From Tubulanus polymorphus (taxonomy: Eukaryota > Animalia > Nemertea), in NCBI RefSeq assembly GCF_964204645.1, contig NC_134035.1, positions 8,836,451 through 8,900,450 on the forward strand: DNA of 64,000 bases, given 5' to 3'. The position numbers and the translations under genes were made by a program. Below, in pieces: positions 25,431 to 38,200 of this stretch; within the stretch, counting starts at the first letter, position 1, and each line of letters starts with the position of its first letter. The notes beneath the pieces were generated by a model. It worked only from the letters and a program-made list of their open reading frames with translations. It did not search any database and had not been told where the DNA came from.

Positions 25431-28400
25431 ATGGATCAAGAGGCACCTACCAAAATCAAGCGACGAGCATCAGACGCAAAATGGAGAGCAAACATCGCTC
25501 ATTGCTACGACAGTTTGAAAAAGATAATACCAACACCGAATGATTACCCGCGAAAGAAAATACCAAAGGTAGGTTACGAGTTGACCAAAAGTATCATGAG
25601 TATGTCGAACAAGTCAGTTCCACTGTTGACTGTTCCCAGGTGGAATTGGAGTGTAATTTTTTATACAAACTTTATTCCTTTTTTTTAGGTTTTAGTTTTG
25701 AAAGAATGCAACCAACACCTGAATTTCCTGGAACAAACTATCACTTTTCTACTCGACGTCTGTGGTAGGTTTTCATTTCACGTGGGTTTGATTGTATTTA
25801 ATGCGGACTCGTCCTTGAAATTTTCTCCCTTAAAGAAAACTACTCATCATAACCAAGAACGATAATCATTTGGCTATCGTTTTTTTTTTAAATTTAGATC
25901 AAAGTAAATCAGATTTACAAAAATGCGTCACGCTCGATTCTCTGAAGGATGAATTCGCCTGCGCCGAACAGCACAGAAAAGAAAAGTATGTCTCGTTTCT
26001 GTCTTCATTTCAGTGTTCTCCATACAGGCTATGCAAGAATTTGAAGAGGCTGCATTCATTGTTAAATGTATGGCATCATGGGTGCTAAACTAGTTAAGGC
26101 TTCCGATCTCCCAAAAAATACAGAAAATTAAACTAAATTTTGATATAGGACACCTAAATCTTCTATTTTTCACATTAGCTCGATATATTTCAAAGTAATT
26201 AAATCAGCATTGATAGAATATTGATATCCACTCTCTGGTAGAATGTTTACGGTCGTATTTCCAGAGTGAAAGAAGGCAAAACTACTTGCAATAAACACTT
26301 GGCTTTTTTCAACGGGTCGAATATTTCGAGTTGTTGTGATTCGGAGCCGTCGTATCAGTTACCGAGTCCGTTTCTGAAATCGAGTGGACTTCAACTGTTA
26401 CCCGAATGGTAGGTGTATTATAACTGCGTTGAATGAAGATCTCGATTGAATCGGAAATTCCATTCCGCATTTCAACGAGATTTTACTAAAATTTCTCACT
26501 TTCAGTTTGGTTAACAGGAACCAGTTCTACAGTTTTGACTTTGGCAGGTTTTGATTGGTCTCTTTCGATTCTGGAATTCTCTTACAATGCATTCGTTTCG
26601 ACCAGAATACGCTCTACCTATTCCAGAAATGCTTTATTTGTTAATGAGGCTGGTAGGGAGGTGGTACTCCACAATTACAAATCCTAAACCGGAATACGTT
26701 CTATCAAAACCTGTCTTAGTTACAATCTGTTCACTTTCAATGAGTTCAGTAATCTAAAATAGTACCGGTACCTAGAACAGTGAAAATATTGAAAATGAAC
26801 TATTCTCAACTCAAAGAGTCTTAACTCACAACGGTGGAATCTGCAGTTGTGAGTTGAACTGAACTGGAAGTTAGAACCAGTTCGCTTTCAATGAGTTTGC
26901 AGAAACCAGGATCCAGTTCCACAGTCGTGAGTTAGAGTTAACTCTGGGTTAAAATGAGTTCATTTCCAATGATTTAAGTCAAATCTTAACTCAGAACTGT
27001 GGAACTGGGTCCAGTTCATTAGTTATGAGTTACTTGGTCCTTTTTCAATGGGTAAACTTTTCAATCTAAACACCCGGTTAACAGTTGAAAATATTGAAAA
27101 TGATCTCAAACTCATGAGTTTAAGTCACAGAGTGACGATTCTTGTTTATCTATTCTTGCAGGATGTTTCATCGAATGCGAGAAGATTTACAAATCGAACT
27201 GAACGATCGAATGAAACGTCGTCGCGACGTCGCGATCGATTCAATCATTCGCTACAATTCGGCCGCGTATCCGAGAACCAAAATACGAAAACTAACCCCG
27301 TTTACCGAACCGATCGCGAAGAAAGAACCCGATGAACCGGTGAATTCTTCGAGTGGAACCGCGTTAAAAACGAACAGTTTAACGATGCCGAGCGCTGATC
27401 GACCGTTGAATGCGGCGGAGGCTGAAATCGCCGCTCGCGCGTTGGATTTTGAAACTCCCGCGAAACAGTGTTCCTCGATGACTGAACCTGTAAGTACAAA
27501 CGAGGAAAATTTGTTACGAATTAATTATATGACGCCTTGAAAAGAATGTAGGATGTTTAAGGAAAAGTTTATGTGGCAATAGGACCGGATAGCCACTTTC
27601 CTGGACATCAAGGAAAAGTCTGGGAATTTTCTTCTAAAAAGTCCGGGAATATTGGAAAATAGCTAAAAAAATCAGGGAAAATGCGGAAAATTTGTTGAGA
27701 TTGCTAGCTCGTATTATTGTATAGCCTTATGAATTGAATTTGTTTCTAAATAGGAAGAGAATCGTGACTTGGTAATAACAAGCACTCCTAACGATAACGC
27801 TTCAGTCAATCGGCAATCTGCATTTCGGGTAAGAATTTTTGCACGCTCTCCGCTCGAAAGAAAATTAACGAATCGTCAAGTATGCTTTATTTATTATTAC
27901 GATGTTTAGATTCAAGCCGCATCACCGGGATTTACGCCGATTCCTCGACTGCCTCGAACTCCGAACAGTCGATCGGAATTTATCGCGAAGGTCGACGAAA
28001 GCGCGCATTGCTCCGAGTTAATGAAGGGTTTCGATGAAATCAGGTACGATCGCGGTCAGTCAAATCGGTTGCCTGTTAGTCTCCGGATCAAGTTTCACAG
28101 TTGTGAGTTTGAATACACTCATTTCATTTTCAATGAGTGAACTCTGAGCAAAATCTTAACTCGTAAGCGTGGAACTTGAGCAAAATCTTAACTCGTAAGC
28201 GTGGAACTGGGTGCTGAGTTTAACGCATACCGTAATTTTGTCTTGTTGCATAATTCTAGCTCGAAGATGCCGAGAACTCCAAAACGCCGAAGACTGAATA
28301 TCGAACCTAGTCGTCGAGTTCGTAGGCGTCTGCTGTTAACAACCTACGACAGGTATTTGATCGATGATATTTTCTCGATCGGTTTATTCGTCGAATTTAT

Positions 28401-30974
28401 TGAAGGAAATGCCTTAAGATTGATAAACGTGTCTATTGCAGCCCCACAAAGGTGAAAGAGCCGGTCGAATTGAGGAAAGAGCATCCCAAATGTAGAATTA
28501 GACTAGACCGGTGCGTATATTTTAGTATCTGATTCCACAATTCTGGATTAGATTGCATCTTAAAACGTCAGAAACTGGTTCTATAGAACTGGCGTTATCA
28601 TTAAATCATGGGTTAACTCAATTGAAAATGAATTTAGTTAGCCCCTGCATCAAAGGTAATACCAGTCGATAAAACCGGGCCCAGGAATGAATTTAATTGT
28701 CAAGAGTTAACCTACTTTGGAACTTGGTCCTTGTTCTTTCTTCTGAGAACTTACTTATTGGTTAATAGATTAATGAATGAACGCAATGATAAGTCTTGTT
28801 TTTAATTTCAATCTGCTGCTGTAGATTGTATCCTGAAGAACAAATGAAAACGAAGTCTAGCTGTGAAACGCTAGTGAGTCCGTGTAAACATGTCGATAAC
28901 GTCATCAGTTCGTCTTCTATCAGTGGGTAAGTACCATGGCACAGTTCCATCGAACCTTCAGTAATACCTTGGCTAGTTGAGAAAAAGATGGAGACACGTT
29001 TAGCACCTATCTGTAGAGCCAGTTTCCTAGTTCTGCGCCGCCGGAAGCAAGTTCATCATATCCGACAGCCTAGGCGCTTATCGTGCAAAGATACGCACCT
29101 ATTTTTTTCAAGGGGTTCGGGGGTCTTCGGAGAAATTTTTTAAGATATTTTTCAAAGGGTTACATTTCGTAGGCTCTGGGGCTATTTGGGACGATAGTTT
29201 TCCGGTATCCTGATTCAGGTTGATTGCGTCACTTCGTTTATGAATGTTTTAGACGCAGCTGTCATAGTCGATTAGAGATATGTTTGAAAAAATCACGATC
29301 GGCAAAATTATGAACTTATCAAAAAAATTATGAAATTATCTAATTGTGAACATGGTTCTAATACGGTTACCGATAACACTTTCCCATTCGCTATTTTCAA
29401 TAAAAACGTTCCGTGGTTTCCTCTTCAGTTATGCCGCCTTCCATCGACAAGTGTCCGAACAACTGCGAATCTATCTACCGCCCGAGAAGGTCAATTCTGA
29501 ATCGATGAACAACACGATATTAGAAGTTTGGAAACAACTTCCCGACGATCAGAGGAACGCGATGGTCGCCATGGCGATGATGGGCGAATTGAATAAATCG
29601 TTGAGCAAAGATTTGGACGATATACGCTTGGAACCGATTTGCGATGACGATTTTGTCGATGTAACCGCGCGATGTAAGTTGAAATTAAAGTAGAGTCCGC
29701 TTAATTCGGAACGTTCGGGACCAACAAAATTTATCCGGTTTACGGGAAATCCGGATTAAAAAGTCATTTTCTTGTGCGGTATATTTGATGAACAAATGGA
29801 CTGCAAATATTGTCCGGATTAAGCCAATCCGGATTTATTATATAGAGATTTTAGAGAAATTCATTAATAACACCCCTAAGTACTATCTGCTAATTCCATT
29901 AGAATAGAATTAGAATTTCTTAGTGCAGCTAGATAATTGTACTCTCCATTTTTCCCGGTTTTTTTCAGTCCAGACTTCACATGTGTTCAGTGTTTCACCT
30001 GAGACATTTTTATTGAAATTGATCTACAAACGCTAGACTTTAGACATTTTATCAGTAAATTTTTTAGAAGCGATTGTTGACACTTGTACTTTACAATACA
30101 ATGTTCGACTGTCTGAAGTGCAGGCTCAGGGCGGCAAATGATCAGATTTTTGTTTACAATTAAGTTTTCCCTTTTCCATGAAGTTCCGCATTCATTTTCA
30201 GCTAATGAAATAGACGCGGATGTGTTGTGCGCGGTGAATGATTTAATGAATGGTACCGTTCCGAACCTTCACGACGCTTTACCCCCTCAAACCGACGGAC
30301 AACATACGTCGCCACCAAAATTGAATCTCAGTACTCCCGATTTCAAGAATCTCGATTTGTCAAATATCAATGAGGTTTGTTTATAGCGACGACGCTTATG
30401 AGGATTTTCTTGTTGAGATTTCTATTTTCGTTACTGACCAATGTATTCCACTTTCAGTCATTGCCATGGGTATCCGGATTCGAAATGGATTTGTTCAAAC
30501 ATATGTTTGATGAGAAAACTCTAGAAGCATCTTCTCCGATTGCTCTGACACTAGTAAGTAAAATACAGTGGCCGCTTTTATAGAAGAGAACATCTTTAAT
30601 CCCGAGGTTAAAGATGTTCCCTGGGCCTGGTTTTATAGACTGGTATAACCTTTAACCCGGGGGTTAACTCAATTGATCATGAATTGAGTTAGCCCTCGGG
30701 TTAAAGGTAATACCAGTCTAACCAACCGGGCCCTTACTCTTGGGTTAGTTTATACCAGTCTACAAAACTGGCCCCATAATCCCTCACTAGTCTGATATGG
30801 GGTTAAGACACAGTTTCTCAGTGTTTAGGCCCCTCCTTACGATGGTGTGAAATATACGAATATTTGTCTATTTTTCAGGCTGACGCCGATGATTGGCAGT
30901 TGATCAATCCTCTTGATCTCAGTGTTCCCGTCAATAAACGGCTATCATTGAACCTCCCGCTGCATGAAGAGTAA
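25431..30974 (+). CDS. STRA8/MEIOSIN-family HLH + HMG-like transcription regulator, closest by recalled motifs to STRA8; 14 coding exons, 618 aa
   Basis: Phase-consistent exons: 25431-25568, 25689-25764, 25898-25985, 26265-26408, 27162-27489, 27754-27828, 27910-28043, 28260-28352, 28442-28510, 28825-28926, 29429-29673, 30202-30374, 30458-30553, 30879-30974 (1857 nt, open). HLH: RRASDAKWRANIAHCYDSLKKII...KVLVLKECNQHLNFLEQTITFLL...TLDSLKDEF. HMG-like: GYAAFHRQ...TILEVWKQLPDDQR. Confidence 0.8.
26910..27011. mobile_element. Abundant Harbinger-like MITE of about 105 bp (GACCCAGTTCCACAG ends, CWG flanks); further copies near 12765, 12978, 16426, 28085, 43880, 52826 and 55327
   Basis: Long inverted ends with internal GAGTTAACTC and TTTTCAATGAG; CAG flanks both ends here and at 52826-52933. 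Confidence 0.8.
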
Positions 30975-32209
30975 CCAAACTATGCTTCAAACCCAGAGCA
31001 GCGCATTTAATCGATTCCAGTTAAATCTTTGTTTGTTTTGATCATTTTCGAAATCTTTATACGTTGTTTTCATTTTGTTTAAGTATTCTATACTAGAAAG
31101 TTTTTTCATGTTTATTGTATCACTATTTAAATTGTTAAAGTTTAGTGTTGCACAACGGTTAATTTATTAGAATAATGAAAGTTCTGAGTTTATTTCTGTC
31201 TGATTTTTGGGCGAATCGAAAGTTTAAAGTACTTGCCAGAAAACCTTGTAAATGATGTTTACTTAGATGTTGTTGATTGATTAAATAAATTATTAGTTCT
31301 CGAATTAGATTGCTGTCTATGTTTGATTTTTTGGGATCTCCTGTCACGATGTCAAGAGCAGGATATGAATATGAATTTGGCCTTGAATTAAAATGTCAGT
31401 AGGGTATTGTCCTGTCGGTTCGTCACTCGTGACCGCGGTTTCGTGGTAATTGTACTTACCGAGTATCATGCCTGATAAGACTACCAATATAACCAAGAAA
31501 AATTGATACGATTTATTGATCGTTGTACAGTTGGTTGAAAGGTACTCTGCCATTTCAGGTTCTTGGCTTAAGAACCCGTGATAACGATAAAGTACGATAT
31601 TTCGTCAGAGCATTATCAATAAAACAGTCAATTATAACCTGACCCGATTCGCACTGCGTAAAAGACAAGTTATTCTCGTCTAAACAATTGATAATAGTTG
31701 AGGGAAGTTTTGGACGATTTTCATGACTTTGGCCATCATTGATAGGGTTTTGATTTCTGAATTTAAGTACTATCCTTGATTCAGCTTCAAAGACTTTTTC
31801 GTGTCAGACCCCTGTGAAAAATACCGATTGACAGATCCTAAACCGATTTTTGTATGTTGAATATGAATCCATCAAATATAAAGAAATCTAAGATTTTAGT
31901 TCATTAACTTAAAACCATTCAGTTATAGACTGGAAAGTGTCCCGTGCCCCAACACGTGAATACTGGATACTCGCGCATTACTCGCCCGCGAAGTTGAATT
32001 CGAAGTCGGGCCTACTCAGATACGGTATTAAACTTTATTCATCCTGATAATGTCAATTGTATAAGGATATAGAAAAACACGCATATTGATATACTATGTA
32101 AAAAAAAAAAAAAAATTTAAAAGGAAAAAAACGTATACAAAACACATGGAATCATTCAAGTCAGACACAGTTTAGAAATCAGGGAACAATTCCTGTCCAC
32201 TTGATAATA

Positions 32210-35200
32210 ACTACAATGGAAAAAAGAAATGAATGTCTCAATCTCTTCTGTTTCTGTAAACGCTTCAAAAGCTTCAACTCAAACAGTTAAAAAGGTTCTA
32301 AAAACCTTTTGAGAAATAATGTAGCAGCCCTCGAAATTTACTCACCACTGACTGACATCCGTTTGACAGGGATATTTGCAGTTTTACGGGGGAAAACGAC
32401 AGCGCACACAAGACTCAAAACACCTCTAATGGAAAAAAGATATGGATGTCTCAATCTTTTAGGATTTAATGTGCTAAAATATCCGGAATGATACTTTTTA
32501 AAATGTATCATATTCGGAGCTGAGTTTCTGTAAACGCTTTAAAAGCTTCAACTCAAACAGTTAAAAAGGTTCTCAATGTAATAACCTTTTGAGAAATGTA
32601 GCGGCCCTTTACAAACCTTAGCTGACTCATCCCGACAGCGACCCGTGCTGGACAGACTAGCCCCCTCTCCAGACCTACCGATGAAAACCGTGTGAACCCT
32701 GGACTAGTATCTGATTAGCAACGGCGGAGCCTCTGTCGAAATTCTTCTAACTAAAGCCTGGAAATTACCACCACTGACTGACATCCGTTTGACCGGTCTA
32801 TTACCGGTTTTACGGGAGAAAGAAAGCGAACACCAGATTCAAAATACCTCAAATGGAAAAAGAAATGAATGTCTCAATCTCTTTGACATTTTCAAGTGTT
32901 GAAATATCCAAAATGTTACTTTTCAAAGTGTATCATATTCGAAGCTAAGTTTCTGTAAACGCTTTAAAAGCTTCAACTCAAACAGTTAAAAAGGTTCTAA
33001 AAAACCTTTTGAGAAATAATGTAGCAGCCCTTGAAATTTACCACTACTGACTGACATCCGTTTGACGAGTATATTTGCGGTTTTACGAGGAAAACAAAAG
33101 CGCACGCAAGACTCAAAACACCTCCAATGGAAAAAGAAATGAATGTCTCAATATCTTTGAGATTTTCAAGTGTTAAAATATCCGGGAAGATACTTTTCAA
33201 AGTGTGTCATATTCGAAGCTGAGTTTCTGTAAACGCTTCAAATGCGTCAACTCAAACAGTTAAAAAGGTTCTCAATGTAATAACCTTTTGAGAAATGTAG
33301 CGGCCCTTTACAAACCTTAGCTGACTCTTCCCGACAGCGACCCGTGCTGGACAGACTAGCCCCCTCTCCAGACCTACCGATGAAAACCGTGTGAACCCTG
33401 GACTAGTATCTGATTAGCAACGGCGGAGCCTCTGTCGAAATTCTTCTAACTAAAGCCTGGAAATTACCGCCACTGACTGACATCCGTTTGACCGGTCTAT
33501 TTCCGGTTTTACGGGAGAAAAGAACGGAACACAAGATTCGAAATACCTCAAATGGAAAAAGAAAAGAATGTCTCAATATCCTTAAGATTTTCAAGTGTTG
33601 AAATATCCGGAATGATACTTTTCAAAGTGCATCATATTCGAAGCTGAGTTTCTGTAAACGCTTCAGATGCGTCAAATCAAACAGTTAAAAAGGTTCTAAA
33701 AAACCTTTTGAGAAATAATGTAGCAGCCCTTGAAATTTACCACCACTGACTGACATCCGTTTGACGAGTATATTCGCGGTTTTACGAGGAAAACAAAAGC
33801 GCACGCAAGACTCAAAATACTTCCAACGGAAAAAGAAATGAATGTGTCAATCTTTTAAGATTTTCATGTGTCAAAATATCAGGAATGATACTTCTCAAAG
33901 TGTGTCATATTCGAAGCTGAGTTTCTGTATACACGCTTCAAAAGCTTCAACTCAAACAGTTAAAAAGGTTCTCAATGTAATAACCTTTTGAGAAATGTAG
34001 CGGCCCTTTACAAACCTTAGCTGACTCATCCCGACAGCGACCCGTGCTGGACAGACTAGCCCCCTCTCCAGACCTACCGATGAAAACCGTGTGAACCCTG
34101 GACTAGTATCTGATTAGCAACGGCGGAGCCTCTGTCGAAATTCTTCTAACTAAAGCCTGGAAATTACCGCCACTGACTGACATCCGTTTGACCGGTATAT
34201 TTCCGGTTTTACGGGAGAAAAGAACGGAACACAAGATTCAAAATACCTCAAATGGAAAAAGAAAAGAATGTCTCAATATCTTTGAGATTTTCAAGTGTTA
34301 AAATATCCGGAATGATACTTTTCAAAGTGTCTCATATTCGAAGCTGAGTTTCTGTAAACGCTTCAAATGCGTCAACTCAAACAGTTAAAAAGGTTCTCAA
34401 TGTAATAACCTTTTGAGAAATGAAGCGGCCCTTTACAAACCTTAGCTGACTCTTCCCGACAGCGACCCGTGCTGGACAGACTAGCCCCCTCTCCAGACCT
34501 ACCGATGAAAACCGTGTGAACCCTGGACTAGTATCTGATTAGCAACGGCGGAGCCTCTGTCGAAATTCTTCTAACTAAAGCCTGGAAATTACCGCCACTG
34601 ACTGACATCCGTTTGACCGGTCTATTTCCGGTTTTACGGGAGAAAAGAACGGAACACAAGATTCAAAATACCTCAAATGGAAAAAGAAAAGAATGTCTCA
34701 ATATCTTTGAGATTTTCAAGTGTTAAAATATCCGGAATGATACTTTTCAAAGTGTCTCATATTCGAAGCTGAGTTTCTGTAAACGCTTCAAATGCGTCAA
34801 CTCAAACAGTTAAAAAGGTTCTCAATGTAATAACCTTTTGAGAAATGAAGCGGCCCTTTACAAACCTTAGCTGACTCTTCCCGACAGCGACCCGTGCTGG
34901 ACAGACTAGCCCCCTCTCCAGACCTACCGATGAAAACCGTGTGAACCCTGGACTAGTATCTGATTAGCAACGGCGGAGCCTCTGTCGAAATTCTTCTAAC
35001 TAAAGCCTGGAAATTACCACCACTGACTGACATCCGTTTGACCGGTCTATTACCGGTTTTACGGGAGAAAGAAAGCGAACACCAGATTCAAAATACCTCA
35101 AATGGAAAAAGAAATGAATGTCTCAATCTCTTTGACATTTTCAAGTGTTGAAATATCCAAAATGTTTCTTTTCAAAGTGTATCATATTCGAAGCTAAGTT

Positions 35201-38200
35201 TCTGTAAACGCTTTAAAAGCTTCAACTCAAACAGTTAAAAAGGTTCTAAAAAACCTTTTGAGAAATAATGTAGCAGCCCTTGAAATTTACCACTACTGAC
35301 TGACATCCGTTTGACGAGTATATTTGCGGTTTTACGAGGAAAACAAAAGCGCACGCAAGACTCAAAACACCTCCAATGGAAAAAGAAATGAATGTCTCAA
35401 TATCTTTGAGATTTTCAAGTGTTAAAATATCCGGAATGATACTTTTCAAAGTGTCTCATATTCGAAGCTGAGTTTCTGTAAACGCTTCAAATGCGTCAAC
35501 TCAAACAGTTAAAAAGGTTCTAAAAAACCTTTTGAGAAATAATGTAGCAGCCCTTGAAATTTACCACCACTGACTGACATCCGTTTGACGAGTATATTTG
35601 CGGTTTTACGAGGAAAACAAAAGCGCACGCAAGACTCAAAACACCTCCAATGGAAAAAGAAATGAATGTCTCAATATCTTTGAGATTTTCAAGTGTTAAA
35701 ATATCCGGGAAGATACTTTTCAAAGTGTGTCATATTCGAAGCTGAGTTTCTGTAAACGCTTCAAATGCGTCAACTCAAACAGTTAAAAAGGTTCTCAATG
35801 TAATAACCTTTTGAGAAATGAAGCGGCCCTTTACAAACCTTAGCTGACTCTTCCCGACAGCGACCCGTGCTGGACAGACTAGCCCCCTCTCCAGACCTAC
35901 CGATGAAAACCGTGTGAACCCTGGACTAGTATCTGATTAGCAACGGCGGAGCCTCTGTCGAAATTCTTCTAACTAAAGCCTGGAAATTACCACCACTGAC
36001 TGACATCCGTTTGACCGGTCTATTTCCGGTTTTACGGGAGAAAAAAGCGAACACAAGATTCAAAATACCTCAAATGGAAAAAGAAAAGAATGTCTCAATA
36101 TCGTTGAGATTTTCAAGTGTTAAAATATCCGGAATGATACTTTTCAAAGTGTCTCATATTCGAAGCTGAGTTTCTGTAAACGCTTCAAATGCGTCAACTC
36201 AAACAGTTAAAAAGGTTCTCAATGTAATAACCTTTTGAGAAATGAAGCGGCCCTTTACAAACCTTAGCTGACTCTTCCCGACAGCGACCCGTGCTGGACA
36301 GACTAGCCCCCTCTCCAGACCTACCGATGAAAAACCGTGTGAACCCTGGACTAGTATCTGATTAGCAACGGCGGAGCCTCTGTCGAAATTCTTCTAACTA
36401 AAGCCTGGAAATTACCACCACTGACTGACATCCGTTTGACCGGTATATTTCCGGTTTTACGGGAGAAAAGAACGGAACACAAGATTCAAAATACCTCAAA
36501 TGGAAAAAGAAAAGAATGTCTCAATATCTTTAAGATTTTCAAGTGTTGAAATATCCGGAATGATACTTTTCAAAGTGCATCATATTCGAAGCTGAGTTTC
36601 TGTAAACGCTTCAGATGCGTCAACTCAAACAGTTAAAAAGGTTCTAAAAAACCTTTTGAGAAATAATGTAGCAGCCCTTGAAATTTACCACTACTGACTG
36701 ACATCCGTTTGACGAGTATATTCGCGGTTTTACGAGGAAAACAAAAGCGCACGCAAGACTCAAAATACTTCCAACGGAAAAAGAAATGAATGTGTCAATC
36801 TTTTAAGATTTTCATGTGTCAAAATATCAGGAATGATACTTCTCAAAGTGTGTCATATTCGAAGCTGAGTTTCTGTATACACGCTTCAAAAGCTTCAACT
36901 CAAACAGTTAAAAAGGTTCTCAATGTAATAACCTTTTGAGAAATGTAGCGGCCCTTTACAAACCTTAGCTGACTCTTCCCGACAGCGACCCGTGCTGGAC
37001 AGACTAGCCCCCTATCCAGACCTACCGATGAAAACCGTGTGAACACTGGACTAGTATCTGATTAGCAACGGCGGAGCCTCTGTCGAAATTCTTCTAACTA
37101 AAGCCTGGAAATTTACCACCACTGACTGACATCCGTTTGACGAGTATATTTGCGGTTTTACGAGGAAAACAAAAGCGCACACAAGATTCAAAATACCTCA
37201 AATGGAAAAAGAAATGAATGTCTCAATATCTTTGAGATTTTCAAGTGTTAAAATATCCGGAATTATACTTTTCAAAGTGTATCATATTCGAAGCTGAGTT
37301 TCTGTAAACGCTTCAGATGCGTCAACTCAAACAGTTAAAAAGGTTCTCAATGTAATAACCTTTTGAGAAATGTAGCGGCCCTTTACAAACCTTAGCTGAC
37401 TCATCCCGACAGCGACCCGTGCTGGACAGACTAGCCCCCTCTCCAGACCTACCGATGAAAACCGTGTGAACCCTGGACTAGTATCTGATTAGCAACGGCG
37501 GAGCCTCTGTCGAAATTCTTCTAACTAAAGCCTGGAAATTACCGCCACTGACTGACATCCGTTTGACCGGTCTATTTCCGGTTTAACGGGAGAAAAAAAG
37601 CGCACAGAAGATTCAAAATACCTCAAATGGAAAAAGAAACGAATGTCTCAATCTCTTTGACATTTTCAAGTGTTGAAATATCCAAAATGTTACTTTTCAA
37701 AGTGTATCATATTCGAAGCTGAGTTTCTGTAAACGCTTTAAAAAGCTTCAACTCAAACAGTTAAAAAGGTTCTAAAAAACCTTTTGAGAAATAATGTAGC
37801 AGCCCTTGAAATTTACCACTACTGACTGACATCCGTTTGACGAGTATATTTGCGGTTTTACGAGGAAAACAAAAGCGCACGCAAGACTCAAAACACCTCC
37901 AATGGAAAAAGAAATGAATGTCTCAATATCTTTGAGATTTTCAAGTGTTAAAATATCCGGGAAGATACTTTTCAAAGTGTGTCATATTCGAAGCTGAGTT
38001 TCTGTAAACGCTTCAAATGCGTCAACTCAAACAATTAAAAAGGTTCTCAATGTAATAACCTTTTGAGAAATGAAGCGGCCCTTTACAAACCTTAGCTGAC
38101 TCTTCCCGACAGCGACCCGTGCTGGACAGACTAGCCCCCTCTCCAGACCTACCGATGAAAACCGTGTGAACCCTGGACTAGTATCTGATAAGCAACGGCG

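Noticed and set aside
31940-31970. Helitron-like 3' hairpin (CCCGTG...CACGTG...CTGG) before the satellite
   Set aside because: Imperfect stem and no matching 5' end identified.
32997-37975. Repeated 67-aa minus-strand ORF (MKSIFPDILT...) found four times
   Set aside because: By-product of the satellite S unit: non-ATG start, broken in other units, no recognisable domain.
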